Below are positions 11,106 through 22,957 of a stretch of DNA of 64,000 nt, piece after piece. Both the position numbers and the translations under genes were made by a program. The notes beneath the pieces were generated by a model. That model was not told the origin of the DNA, ran no database searches, and saw only the letters and a list, made by a program, of their open reading frames with translations. Every line of letters starts with the position of its first letter. Within the stretch, counting starts at the first letter, position 1. The DNA is from an uncultured Acidobacteriota bacterium (GTDB taxonomy: Bacteria > Acidobacteriota > UBA6911), in the NCBI GenBank assembly GCA_963843575.1, contig CAWJKZ010000009.1:32001-96000 (forward strand), given 5' to 3'.

Positions 11106-12512
11106 TTACAAGCAACGCAGAAAGGCCACCAGATCCTTTTTCTCCTGTGGGGTCAAGTGGAGTTGCTGGAGAAGATTGAAGTATTCCACTGTGTCTTCAA
11201 GGGTGAAACAGCGACCGTCGTGCAGGTAAGGCGGGGAGTCCTTGATGCCCCTCAACGGGAAAGTCTTGATGCTGCCGTCGTGGGCCATCATCATCCCGTT
11301 CACCATCTCCTTCTTGTAGAAACGCTCCGCCTTGAGATCGTGCATGCTGTTGTCCGTATAGTAGGGGGCGGCGTGGCAGACGCCGCACCGGGCTTTTCCG
11401 CTAAAGATGGCCTCTCCGCGCAATTCGCTTTCGTTGACTTTGGCCCTGTCGAGCTCACCATAGATATTGAGTTTGGGTGCGGGAGGGAAATCCAGGATTG
11501 CCAGGAATTCAGCCATGAAATGAACTTGCGTGCTCCTCTCCAGGATGTTGACCCCCTTCTTGGCAGCCATGGCAATGTCGCCGTCGAAGTAAGCCGCGCG
11601 CTGCTCGAACTCGGTGAAATCCTCAACGGTCTTTAAAGCACGCTGGGAGCCGAACAGCCGCTGGATGTTCATGCCACGCAGGGACGGCGTGTTGATGCGG
11701 TGCCTGAATTCCTGGGGCCGGATGTCTCCCACGAGGTGGGTGGCCTTGTTTGTATGCCCGTTGGCGTGGCAGTCGAAGCAGGTAACACCGAGCATGCCGT
11801 CGGCCCGGTCGGTCCGGCGGTCTTCGGTCGCATTGAACTGCTGCTGGGGGAATTGGGTCAGCAGGAGACGCATCCCTTCGATTTGCTTGGGATTCAGGAT
11901 CCCGTTGAAGATTTCATAGTAATTGTTGATGGTAATGAGCCGTCCTTTGGCCACGTCCCCCAGGTCGGGCCGGGTTGTCAGGTAGATGGCCGGATTGGGG
12001 TCCGGGAGGAAGTGCTCAGGAAGATCGAAGTCCAGGTCAAATCGAACCAAGCGGGGCAGGGGCTTGGTGATCATTTCCGGGAACAGCATTCCGCCTTCGG
12101 CATGATCCGGGAAGGGCAGAGGCTTGTAAGGGAATAAACCCTTCTCTTTGATTTGTTCAGGCGTCATCTTATCGAGTTGGTCCCAGGTTGCCCCCTGCAG
12201 TTTGGCCGTTGGGCCCACAGGGATGGGTTTCCCGGCCGACATGGTGACCTCCATGGTCGTTTTCTTCGAAAGGTCATACCTGCTATTCAGCAGATTCATG
12301 TGCTCCTTGGCTAGGCCCGCCTTTAAAGCTGTGCGTGCCGCTTTGATTTGTTCGAAGGTCATATCCTGGTTTGTCGGACCGTAGCTCGACACGACTTTCC
12401 CCTGCTGAGCATAGACGATCACCCCAACGCACACCGCGACCACCAGGATGAAAACTCCGTTCAACAGAACATTGCGTTTAACTCGCTTGCTCATCTTGAT
12501 GCCCTCCGTCAT
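11106..12512 (-). CDS. Di-heme cytochrome c, cytochrome c peroxidase/MauG-like superfamily
   Basis: N-terminal hydrophobic export segment; two CxxCH motifs (CFDCH, CGVCH); TPSLRG and PPYLHDG motifs. Confidence 0.85.
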   Translation of the reverse strand: MTEGIKMSKRVKRNVLLNGVFILVVAVCVGVIVYAQQGKVVSSYGPTNQDMTFEQIKAARTALKAGLAKEHMNLLNSRYDLSKKTTMEVTMSAGKPIPVGPTAKLQGATWDQLDKMTPEQIKEKGLFPYKPLPFPDHAEGGMLFPEMITKPLPRLVRFDLDFDLPEHFLPDPNPAIYLTTRPDLGDVAKGRLITINNYYEIFNGILNPKQIEGMRLLLTQFPQQQFNATEDRRTDRADGMLGVTCFDCHANGHTNKATHLVGDIRPQEFRHRINTPSLRGMNIQRLFGSQRALKTVEDFTEFEQRAAYFDGDIAMAAKKGVNILERSTQVHFMAEFLAILDFPPAPKLNIYGELDRAKVNESELRGEAIFSGKARCGVCHAAPYYTDNSMHDLKAERFYKKEMVNGMMMAHDGSIKTFPLRGIKDSPPYLHDGRCFTLEDTVEYFNLLQQLHLTPQEKKDLVAFLRCL

Positions 12513-13299
12513 CCGTTATGTCGAACACAATCACCACTTCGCATCATCAGGCGGGTTTGTCTTGCAGGAAGGTACGCATCATCCAGGCTGTCTTCCCGTG
12601 CTTTTCGATCGATCCCTTCAGAAAGTTGTTGGTACGCATGCCTCCATATTTACGGGCCCAGGCACCCAGGTTTAAACCTGGCAATGCCGCCTGCGTGGGG
12701 CATGTGGATGGCGCCCCGGTTGTTCCACAAGAGGCGCGGCCTGTGAATATGCTCCTCGGCTTCTCTACCAACGTCAAAATCGCCATGCCCACGCGGAGTT
12801 CCTCAGGGATGGAACATTACTTCGCCTCTAACGCGTATTCGAGCGCCTTCCTGGTCCGTCGTGCTCTCCTCTATAATCGACTGACAATGACCGGGCAGAG
12901 TCCATCCGCCGGCACCATTGCGAAGATATACTCAGATGGAATCATTTGCGCGTCTGTTCCATGTTGCTCAGGCGGCTGGTCAAAACTGCTCATTTGTGAC
13001 TTGCCTGCAGCAGCGCGTCATCGACAGTAACCATGATGCATTCCGTCCATAGCGGAATGCGAGGATTCATCCCGCGAAGTCCGAGAGGTGTATCGGGGGC
13101 GCACCAAGAGCAAAAAGCTGGAGCGGCGCGCGCCGTAGCGTGGTACGCTCCCGATACGACTTGAAGGGAGCCGCGGAGCGGTGGTATGGATCGTGCAACG
13201 CTGTTTCTCGGGACCTTGAATCCCATCAGCGTGTCCGGATAGCCGCAACCTCCCACATCGCGGACAACTCAGGATCAGCTTCTCACTCAAGGCAGGATT

Positions 13300-13762
13300 G
13301 TGACCACGCCATCCCCGCACGAAGTCACTCATCTGGTCCAGGCCTGGTGCGGCGGCGACCAGGCTGCCCTGGATAAGCTCGTCCCTCTGGTTTATGACGC
13401 ACTGCACAGGCTGGCGCATATCTACATGGTGCGCGAGCGGCCGGGCCACACGCTGCAGACCAGTGCCCTGGTCAATGAGGCCTATCTCCGGCTCATCGAT
13501 GCCAACCAGGTTCAGTGGCAGGACCGCACCCACTTTTTTGCCATTTCGGCCAACGTGATGCGCCGCATCCTGGTGCAATTTGCGCGCTCGCGCGGCTCCC
13601 GGAAGCGGGGCGGCGGCGCCGGGCGGGTCGACCTCGACGAAGCGCTCATTCCGTCGCCGGAACGCGATGCCGACCTGATAGCGCTGGACGACGCGCTGAC
13701 TGCGCTGGCCGCGATCGATCCGCGGGAGGCGAGGGTGGTGGAGCTGCGTTTTTTCGGCGGAA
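13300..13762 (+). pseudogene. ECF sigma factor (TIGR02999 type), truncated before region 4.2
   Basis: EVTHLVQAW..GDQAALDKLVPLVY, HTLQTSALVNEAYLRL, VVELRFFGG, then unrelated sequence in place of the HTH. Confidence 0.85.
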
Positions 13763-13790
13763 CAGTTCACTTCACTCGCGGGTCGTCAAC

Positions 13791-13907
13791 TCACGATATG
13801 TTATTGGACATCTTGACGATCACGACGACCAGCAGGACCACCAGCAGTACGCCGATCACCGTATAAATCCCCATCCCTCTGCCCATCCATCCGTATGTTT
13901 GGTTCAT
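13791..13907 (-). CDS. 38-aa single-TM small protein
   Basis: MNQTYGWMGRGMGIYTVIGVLLVVLLVVVIVKMSNNIS with AGGGGG RBS upstream. Confidence 0.55.
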   Translation of the reverse strand: MNQTYGWMGRGMGIYTVIGVLLVVLLVVVIVKMSNNIS

Positions 13908-14514
13908 CAAAAAGCCCCCTTTCGTTGCGCACGCGACTTGCCACGCCACTGGGCAATGCCGACCGTCAGCGGAGGCAGCAGTGTCATGTGAAACAGCCAC
14001 CACGGGACACCGCGTGAACTGCTCGTCGCGGGCGTCGTGGCGCAATCATTTCAGTTCTTTCGTCGTGTTACGCAGCCAGAGGATTCTCGCAGACATCTTC
14101 CTAATCTGAGCGCCGTAGCGCTCACTCTGTTTGGACTTCTGTTTGATATTCGACACAGGTGCTTCGAATCCAACAGGCCGCAGGTCAGCCAGGATCGCAG
14201 CCTCCGCAGGGATCCCGGACCCCTGCGCCGAGATATAAACTCGGCCGCGCCTCTCCACGAAAAAGAAGCTCAGCGCCCCAGTAAGTGCTCTATCGTAGGG
14301 CATTTGGCTTCGCCGCTCACCCGGGGGAACTCATCAGTTCCTATGTTATGATTTTGGTGAGTTGCACGCTTTATCCTTGTCCTATATAGCATTCGCGGTT
14401 CTTTGGGCCCCTCGATTGCACTTCTGAACAGCCTGTACGGATTTGGACGGGGTACGATCCTGGACGATCGAACCGACGACTTTTTTCGCTTTTCTTTAGG
14501 CTGGAGCTGGCGCC

Positions 14515-15877
14515 ATGCATCCTCCCGGAGTGCTGAGATTTGCGTTCTTGTTATCCTTAACCCTGGTTCTGTACCCTCGTCCCTCAGGGGCCATCCTCGC
14601 TGTGCCGCAGGAATCGAATCCTTCCAGGCCGGCAGATCAGCCGAAAGAGGAGTCAGTACGGCTCGACTCGTTGGTAGAAGAACTGCTCAAGTCGAATCCC
14701 GAATTGCAGGCGGCCCGGAAACGCTATGAGGCAGCCCTGACCCGTCCTGCGCAGGAAAGCGCATTGCCCGATCCTCGCATTACCGCGGGCTGGATCAGCA
14801 ACGGGTGGCCGTATCCCGGAGCGGGCCTGGGTGCGGAAGCCACGAGCAATATCGGCATTCAGGTCGCGCAGGAAATCCCTTTCCCCGGGAAACGGGCTTT
14901 AAAGGGCGGCATCGCACAAAAGGAAGCGGACAGCGAAGCGCAGGCGGTTCGCGCCACGGAACTGAGGCTCGTCGCTCAACTCAAGGAAAGATATTACGAG
15001 CTGCTCTATATTTATGAGGCCGTGGATCTGATTCACCGGAACCAGGAATTGCTGCAGCAAATGGCAAAGGTGGCCGAAGCCCGCTACTCCGCGGGGAAGG
15101 CGATGCAACAGGACATTATCAAAGCCGGCATAGAAGTCGCAATCCTCGAGAATCGGCTGATTGCCCTCGAGCAGAAAAAGCTCAGCATCAATGCCGAGAT
15201 CAATGCCCTCATTAACCGTCCGCCGGATGCAGGCCTGGGCCGTCCGGAAACGGTTTCGACCTTGCCTTCTCTCGAGCCTTTTGAATCCTTGCGCGCTCGC
15301 GCCCTGGAGGCGTCGCCATTGCTTCAGGGACAGCGAGCCGTCATCGACGGCCGGCAGCTGAACGTGCAATCCGCCCAGAAAGCCTACTACCCGGATTTCG
15401 ATGTCATGACGGGGTATTACAACCAGGGCGCCATGAAGCCGATGTGGGAATTCAAAGTGCAACTCAATATCCCGCTCTATTTCGGGAAAAAACAGCGCTA
15501 TGGGTTGGAGGAAGCCGGAGCCAATTTGGCTGAAGCGCAACGGACGTATCGCAACGAGCAGCAAGTGGCTGCTCTTCCGTTTGCGCGACCGTTATGTGGC
15601 TGCGGAAGCCGCTCTGAAGCTCATGGATCTCTATTCCCGGCAGGTGGTGCCGCAATCGGAACTTGCGCTCCAATCTTCGCTGGCCAGCTACGAGGGCGGC
15701 AGCGTCGACTTCCTGACGGTGCTCTCCAATTTCACCACCATCCGGGAATATCAAATGAATTACTTCGAACAGCGGGCGGAATACCTGAAGGCCCTGTCCG
15801 GACTGGAAGAATTGACGGGCATTCCAGGCGGCCCGGCCCCGAATCAGGGATTTCCCCAAAATGAGGTGCGGCGATGA
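14515..15877 (+). CDS. cusC: TolC-family outer membrane factor of heavy-metal RND system (frameshift ~15565)
   Basis: Signal peptide; NPELQAA, LPDP, QEIPFPGK, YYPDF; C-terminal LASYEGGSVDFLTVL lies in ORF 15500-15877; first gene of the cus-like operon. Confidence 0.8.
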
Positions 15878-17296
15878 GAAATTTCTTTATTGGATTTATC
15901 CTGGCCAGCGTTCTGGTCGAGCGGCGGTTACTGGATTATTTCAAGGCAGAACGCCGCTCAGGGGCCGACAACGTCCCAAAAGGTGCAGAAATACCATTGC
16001 CCCATGCATCCCGAATATGTTTCCGACAAGCCGGGCGATTGCCCCATTTGCGGCATGAAGCTGGTCCCGATGGAGAGCAAGGGATCTCCTGAAACGGCAG
16101 CCAAAGGAGAGCATGCCGGCCAGGAGACCGCCGGTGCGCCCGCCAAGAAGGAGCGAAAGATCCTCTATTGGACCGACGCCATGAATCCCGGCAACCGCTA
16201 TGACAAGCCGGGCAAGGCTCCCGACGGAATGGACCTGGTTCCCGTCTATGAGGAAGAATCCCCGGGCGCCGCCGGCCCGGGTGTGCCCGGGTACGCGCCC
16301 GTAAAGATCACACAGGAGCGGCTGCAGATGATGGGGGTCACAACGGAAAAAGCCCGGGTGATGAGCCTGGACCAGAGCATCCGGACCGTGGGGATGATCA
16401 CGGCGGATGAAACTCGCATCAGTCACATTCATACCAAGTTTGAGGGGTACATTGAGCAGATCTTCGTCAATTACGTCGGCCAGCAGGTGAGGGTAGGCCA
16501 GCCGCTCTTTTCGGTCTATGCCCCGGAACTGGTGGCGACACAAAAGGAGTACATCCTGGCCTTGCAGGCGCGCGATCAATGGGAAAAATCAGGGACCGAG
16601 GTGCGGCTGCCGGGAGTCGATCTGGTGGAAGCCGCCCGGCAGCGGCTGGCGCTCTGGGACATCAGTCCGGACCAGATCGCACGCATCGAGAAAACCCGCG
16701 AGCCGATCCGGGCTTTGATGGTCTACTCGCCGGTCAACGGGATCGTCAGCGCCAAAACCGCCGTCCAGGGCAACAGGGTGATGCCTTCGGACACGCTCTA
16801 TGACATTACGGATTTGTCCAGCGTGTGGGTTCTGGCGGACCTCTATGAAATCAATGTGCCGTTTGTGAAAATCGGGGACCCCGCCACGATCTCGCTGAGC
16901 TACGATCCGGGCCGCGTCTTCAAGGGACGAGTCAGCTTTATCAACCCCAATGTGGATGAGAAGAGCCGGACGGTAAAGGTTCGCATCGTGCTCGAAAATC
17001 CTTCCGGATCGTTGAAGCCGGACATGTATGCGGAGGTTGTTCTTGGCGGGCAATTGGGCCATGGAGTCGCCGTTCCCGACAGCGCGGTGATGGGAACCGG
17101 GGAGCGGGAGATGGTGTTCATCGCCAAAGGCGACGGCCTGTTCGAGCCGCGCGAAGTGAAGACCGGGGTCAAGGTGCGCGGTTTTTACGAGATCAAGAAG
17201 GGTGTGAAGGCGGGAGAAGATGTCGTGACCGGGGCCAACTTCCTGCTCGATTCCGAGTCCAAACTGAAGGCCGCGATTTCAGGCGCGGGGAAGTAA
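15874..17296 (+). CDS. cusB: RND periplasmic adaptor with heavy-metal-binding domains (frameshift ~15918)
   Basis: YHCPMHP..DKPGDCPICGMKLVP; YWTDAMNP..GMDLVP; MFP motifs SRTVKVRI, LKPDMY, NFLLDSES. N-terminal TM begins at ATG 15874 in another frame. Confidence 0.88.
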
Positions 17297-17335
17297 GTCA
17301 TTCGCATCCTGCCGATACGTTCATGAAGGAACCGT

Positions 17336-20300
17336 ATGATTGAGAAGCTCATTGAGTTTTCCGCGCGTGAGAAGTACATCGTTCTTCTCTTTACCGCCGC
17401 CGTCGTGGCCTTCGGCATCTGGACGATGTACAACCAGCCCGTGGATGCCATCCCCGATCTTTCGGATACGCAGGTCATCGTGTACTCCAAGTGGGATCGC
17501 TCACCCGACATCATCGAGGATCAGGTCACGTATCCTATTACCACGGCGCTGCTCGGCGCGCCCAAGGTTAAAGCGATTCGCGGTTTTTCTGACTTCGGCT
17601 TTTCCTACGTGTACATCATTTTCGAGGACGGGACCGACATCTATTGGGCCAGGAGCCGCGTGCTCGAATACCTGAGCAAGGTGCTTCCTTCTCTCCCCGC
17701 CGGAGTCAAGACGGAGATCGGCCCGGACGCCACCGGCGTGGGATGGGTTTTTCAATACGCCCTGGTGGACGAGAGCGGCACGCATACGCTGGCCGATCTG
17801 CGATCCTTCCAGGATTGGAACCTGCGCTATGCGCTGCAGGCGGTCCCGGGCGTGGCCGAGATCGCCACGATCGGCGGTTTCCAGAACCAGTACCAGATCA
17901 CCGTGGATCGGGAAAAGCTGGCCGCCTACAACATCCCCCTCATGATGGTGTCGGAAGCGGTGCGCAATTCCAACGTCGAGGTGGGCGCAAGGCTGATCGA
18001 GTTCTCCGGCGCGGAGTACATGGTCCGCGGCCACGGATACATCAAGAACGCGCAGGACATCGAGCAGATCGTCGTCAAGACCAACGATCGCGGCACACCG
18101 GTCCTCCTGCGCGACATCGCCAGGGTCGAGCGCGGGCCCGAGATGAGGCGCGGCGTCGCCGACCTGGACGGAAAAGGCGACACGGTGGGCGGCATCGTGG
18201 TGATGCGGCACAGCGAGAATGCCGACAAAGTCATCCGCCGGGTCAAGGAGCGGCTCCAGGAACTCCAGCCTTCCCTGCCCAAGGGCGTGAAAGTCGTCAC
18301 CACCTATGACCGCTCGGAACTGATCGAGGGCTCCATCAACAATCTCAAAGAAGAGTTGATCCTCGAGATGATCATCGTCAGCTTTGTGATCCTGATCTTC
18401 CTCTGGCACATCCCGTCGGCCATCATCCCGATTGTCACGATTCCGGTGTCGGTGCTGCTGTCCTTCATCCCCATGCACTTGATGGGGCTGAACTCGAACA
18501 TCATGTCCCTCGCCGGCATCGCCATCTCCATCGGCGTGCTCGTGGACGGCGCCATCGTCGAAGTCGAGAATGCCTACAAGAAGCTGGAACTCTGGATCGA
18601 GGGAGGACGCCAGGGAGACTTTCATGCGATCCGGCTCGAGGCGCTCAAGGAGGTCGGACCGTCCGTGTTCTTTTCGCTGCTGGTGATCGCGGTCGCCTTT
18701 CTGCCCGTCTTCACGCTGGTGGATCAGGAGGGACGCCTTTTCCGGCCGCTGGCTTTCACCAAGAACTTCGTCATGGCCATTGCCGCCATTCTCGCGGTCA
18801 CCCTGGATCCGGCGATGCGAATGATTTTTGCCCGGATGGACTATTTCAAATTCCGGCCGCGCTTCGTGTCCTGGATAGTCAATCAGGTGGCGGTGGGAAA
18901 GTATTACAAAGAGGAGAAGCACCCGATCAGCCGCTTGCTGTTCCGGATTTACGAGCCTCCCGCGCGCCTGGTGCTGAAGCACCCGAAGACGACCATCGCC
19001 ATCGCCTTGATTCTGGTCGCGACCACCGTGCCGGTGTACCTCCGGCTCGGCAGCGAGTTCATGCCGCCGTTGAACGAAGGCACCATCCTTTACATGCCCA
19101 CCACGTTGCCCGGCATATCCGTCTCGGAAGCTCAGACGATCCTGCAACATCAGGACCAGATGATCCGGGCATTTCCCGAGGTGGAAAGGGTCTTCGGCAA
19201 AGCGGGACGGGCGGAGACTTCCACCGATCCGGCGCCGTTTTCCATGATGGAAACCACCGTCATGCTCAAGCCTCCGTCCGAATGGCGCTTCAAAAAGCAG
19301 TGGTATTCCAATTGGGCGCCCGATTGGTTGAAGAAACACGTCTTGAGCCGGATCGCACCGGAGCATATTTCCTGGGATGAACTGATCGCCGAACTCGATC
19401 AGAAGGTGCGCATCCCCGGCGTGACCAACGCATGGACCATGCCGATCAAGGCGCGCATCGACATGCTGTCCACCGGCGTGCGAACTCCGATCGGCATCAA
19501 GGTTCTCGGTCCGGACCTCGGCGAAATCGAAAAGATCGGCGCCCGCCTCGAAACGCTGCTGCGGAATGTGCCGGGAACGCGGTCCGTTTTTGCCGAACGG
19601 GTGGCCGGGGGCTACTTCCTCGATTTCGACCTGAGACGGGATCAGTTGGCCCGGTATGGTCTGACGGTAGCGGACGCGCAGAACATCGTCATGTCGGCGA
19701 TCGGAGGAGAGAACGTCACCACCACGGTCGAGGGGCGCGCGCGTTACCCCGTCAACATCCGTTATCCGCGCGAATTGCGCGACAACGTCGAACGGCTGCG
19801 CGAGGTGCTGGTGCCGACCCCCTCGGGAGCGCAGATCCCGATCGCGCAGATCGCGGACATCAAAAAAGTCACCGGCCCGTCGATGCTCCGCGATGAAAAC
19901 GGCATGCTCGCCGGTTACGTTTTCGTGGACCTTTCCTCCAGCGATATCGGCGGATATGTGGAAAAGGCCAAGGAGATCGTCAGTCAGGGGCTGCAGGTTC
20001 CCGACGGGGTATTCCCTCGTCTGGAGCGGCCAGTACGAAAACATGCTGCGCGTGCGCGAGCGGTTGAAGATCGTCATTCCCGTCACGCTGGTGCTGATTT
20101 TCGCGCTCCTGTACATGAACACCAAGTCGGCCATGAAAGCCTCCATTGTGATGCTCGCGGTGCCGTTCTCGCTGATCGGGGCGGTGTGGCTTATGTACGC
20201 GCTGGGATACAATATTTCCATCGCCGCCTGGGTGGGAATGATCGCCTTGATGGGGCTGGATGCGGAAACCGGCGTTTTCATGCTGTTGTTCCTGGATCTG

Positions 20301-20621
20301 TCGTATGAAGACGCCAGGCGCAAGGGACAACTGCGGAACAAAGGCGAATTGATCGAAGCCATCATTCACGGAGCGGTGAAGCGGGTCCGGCCGAAGGCGA
20401 TGACGGTGATGGCCGCATTTATGGGATTGATGCCGATCATGTGGTCGGCCGCCGTCGGGGCGGACATGATGAAGCGCGTGGCCGCGCCCATGGTCGGCGG
20501 ACTCGCAACTTCGTTCGCGCTGGAACTGCTGGTCTACCCCAGCATCTATTACCTGTGGAAATGGCGTGCCGAAGTCAAACATCAGACCTTCGGACCGCCG
20601 CGCGCGATCCTGGGACACTGA
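17336..20621 (+). CDS. cusA: CusA/SilA-type heavy-metal efflux RND permease (frameshift ~20000)
   Basis: DAIPDLSDTQVIV, GPDATGVGW, GSEFMPPLNEG, RIDMLSTG; C-terminus WSGQYENM, AETGVFM, GAVKRVRPKAMT in ORF 19893-20621. Confidence 0.93.
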
Positions 20622-20661
20622 TGTGGGCAAGGGATCTCACGGGATCATGAAGGAGGCCAAA

Positions 20662-21191
20662 ATGGCGGAGGATACCTCATCGCGGCATTCGAAGATCGGA
20701 ACGTTCGTCGGATTGGCTGTGATCTGCGCTGGCCGGCCTGCTCGGTTACTTTGTCTGGGCGGGCAGGATTGCCGGCGGGAAACCGACTTGTGAGGTGTGC
20801 AAACGGGTCATCCATACCGAGACTTCATTCAGGATCGCGCGGCCGGATGGCGTCGATGAAGGCCGTTTGTTGCCCGCGTTGCGGGCTGGCCGCGGTGATC
20901 CAAAACGGCGGGCGGGCTCTCGATGCGGTTGATTTCACCTCCAAAAAACGGATCGGGGCCGCCGAGGCGATCTATCTCGAAGGGTCGGACATCATGGAGT
21001 GCTGTTCCACCACCGGCTTCCGGTCCGATGAAGGCGCCTATCAGGAAATGGAGTACGACCGGTGCATGCCGAGCCTGCTTGCCTTCGCCCGGCGCGAAGA
21101 TGCTGAAATGGTGCGGCAAAAGCATGGCGGCCAGATTATCAGCTTTGAGGAAGCCAGGCAGAGCGTCGTGCGCCAACTGAAGAATCAATAA
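20662..21191 (+). CDS. Membrane-anchored Cys-rich NosL/YcnK-like putative copper-binding protein (two frameshifts)
   Basis: AGGAGG RBS and ATG 20662; stitched reading gives TM, CEVC, CCPRC, ECC, then CMPSLLAFARREDAEMVRQKHGGQIISFEEA, a NosL-like tail. Confidence 0.6.
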
Positions 21192-21316
21192 GAGGTCAGG
21201 CGAGAAGATGGATTCGAAAATCAGTTCCGGATCAAATGAAGAATTCCCAAAGCAAAGAGGCCCCTATTTCATCCGGCTTTTCTCATGAGTCCTGAATAGT
21301 TCCCCAGAGGTGTTTT

Positions 21317-22027
21317 ATGAAAAGAGTTGGTTTGAGTTTGTGGTTGGGAGGATTGCTGCTCGTTTGCTCCACACTCCAGGCGCAAGAAGTGCGGTTTCCC
21401 GTCCGGCACGATCGTCTGCTCCGGGACCGCACAGGAGAATTGATCTTCGGCGAAACCGGGATTGAGTATCGGACCAAGGACAAGGGGGACGCCCGCACCT
21501 GGAAATATGAGGACATCCAGCAACTCGGCCTGCTCAGCCCCAAGGAACTTACTATCCTCACCTATGAGGATAGCAAATGGAAACTCGGCAAAGACCTGTT
21601 CTATCGCTTCGAAATCACCTCAGGCGAAATAACTCCAGCGCTCTGGACCCAACTTCAGGCAAAGCTCAAACGGCCGGTGGTTTCAGCGCTCATCCCGCCG
21701 GACATCGCCCCGAAATTCACGATCCCGGTCAAACACCTGCGGGGATTCGGCGGCACGCAGGGGACGCTGGAGATTGGCGACCAGTACGTCATCTACAAAA
21801 CGGACGCGCCGAAGGACTCGCGCATCTGGCGTTACCAGGACATCTCCTCGGTCGGGACTACCGGGCCGTATCAACTGCGGCTCACTTCCATGGATCGCGC
21901 CGAAAATGAATCCGGCGGCGAGCGGAACTTCGTTTTTTCCCTGAAAGAGCGGCTCGCGCCCGAAGCCTACGATTTCATCTGGTGGAAGATCAACGGATCA
22001 CAAATATCTTCTTTCTCAAAGAAATAG
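21317..22027 (+). CDS. Secreted hypothetical protein with internal duplication (PH-like)
   Basis: Signal peptide and GAGG RBS; repeats GELIFGETGIEYRTKDKGDARTWKYEDI and GTLEIGDQYVIYKTDAPKDSRIWRYQDI. Confidence 0.75.
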   Translation: MKRVGLSLWLGGLLLVCSTLQAQEVRFPVRHDRLLRDRTGELIFGETGIEYRTKDKGDARTWKYEDIQQLGLLSPKELTILTYEDSKWKLGKDLFYRFEITSGEITPALWTQLQAKLKRPVVSALIPPDIAPKFTIPVKHLRGFGGTQGTLEIGDQYVIYKTDAPKDSRIWRYQDISSVGTTGPYQLRLTSMDRAENESGGERNFVFSLKERLAPEAYDFIWWKINGSQISSFSKK

Positions 22028-22290
22028 TCTTTTCTTGCCTTCTGGAGAGACAAACGGGCGTATTCCTGTCGGCGCTTCATGAAACCTATCGAAGGAGCAT
22101 CGCCATCCCGGGCAACATCCACAGCGGATAGGGAATACAAATTGCCTATGCCCACTTTATTAGTCATCGATGATGATCCGAGCCTTCGGCGCAGGCTACT
22201 TGACGACGACGGGGGAACGGAGCTGCGCCGGTGCCCGTTTCCGGCATAAGCTCCTGCCAGATCAGCCGATAGGCGGAATAGAGGCCCCTT

Positions 22291-22486
22291 TGCAATAAGC
22301 AGGGGTGTGCCCCAAAGCCATATCCGGGACCACAGATCAGGCGTAAAATGCGGCTGCTGCAACCGAGGCGCAGATATCACAGTCGAAAGAACGTCACTTT
22401 GAGCAGCTGCGGGAGGGCACGCACGGAGGGCGACTGCGGACGGATAAGAAGCCTGACGGGGAAGAGGCAGTTCATCCTTCTTATCC
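22291..22486 (+). repeat. Dispersed ~197-bp element, copy 1, with oriIS-like 3' end
   Basis: Colinear blocks shared with 59257-59453, e.g. GTGTGCCCCAAAGCC, AGGCGCAGA, GGGAGGGCA, AGAAGCCTGACGGG, GAAGAGGCAGYTCATCCTTCYTATCC. Confidence 0.8.
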
Positions 22487-22489
22487 TCT

Positions 22490-22696
22490 GCTGAGACAAC
22501 CGGGGTCTCAGTGGCACAGAAACTGGTAATCCAAACTTTCGTGTTTGGTGACAGGGCTATTGTGAATGGCCTGGCGACCGACAAGAGCATCACGGCGGGC
22601 AAGGATACTAGTGGTCAGTATCGTTGGACCGACGTGTTCGTCAAGCGCGAAGGCCGGTGGCAGTGCGTAACGGGATACGCAAGCAAGGCGGAGTAG
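22490..22696 (+). pseudogene. C-terminal fragment of NTF2-like/DUF4440 protein
   Basis: VFGDRAIVNG...YRWTDVFVKREGRWQCV; the 5' part is missing and the fragment starts right after the repeat. Confidence 0.7.
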
Positions 22697-22957
22697 CTCT
22701 GCATAGAGCCTGGGCGAGAGCCTGTTCGTGAAAGGGTGTTTCCAAACACCCTGCGTTGGTGCTTGAACTGGTAAGTCGGCGTCTCTTAGCCGACATCGCA
22801 TGGCCAAAGAACCGCAGGGGCAACCCTATCCACTACATCATCGACGGCAAGGTCGACAAGGACACGATGACCGGGAGTTGGAGCCACGACAACCGCAAGG
22901 GTGATCGATCCATTGACATTGAAAAGCCGTATGCTCACGGTGCTGGAGGGCAACATC

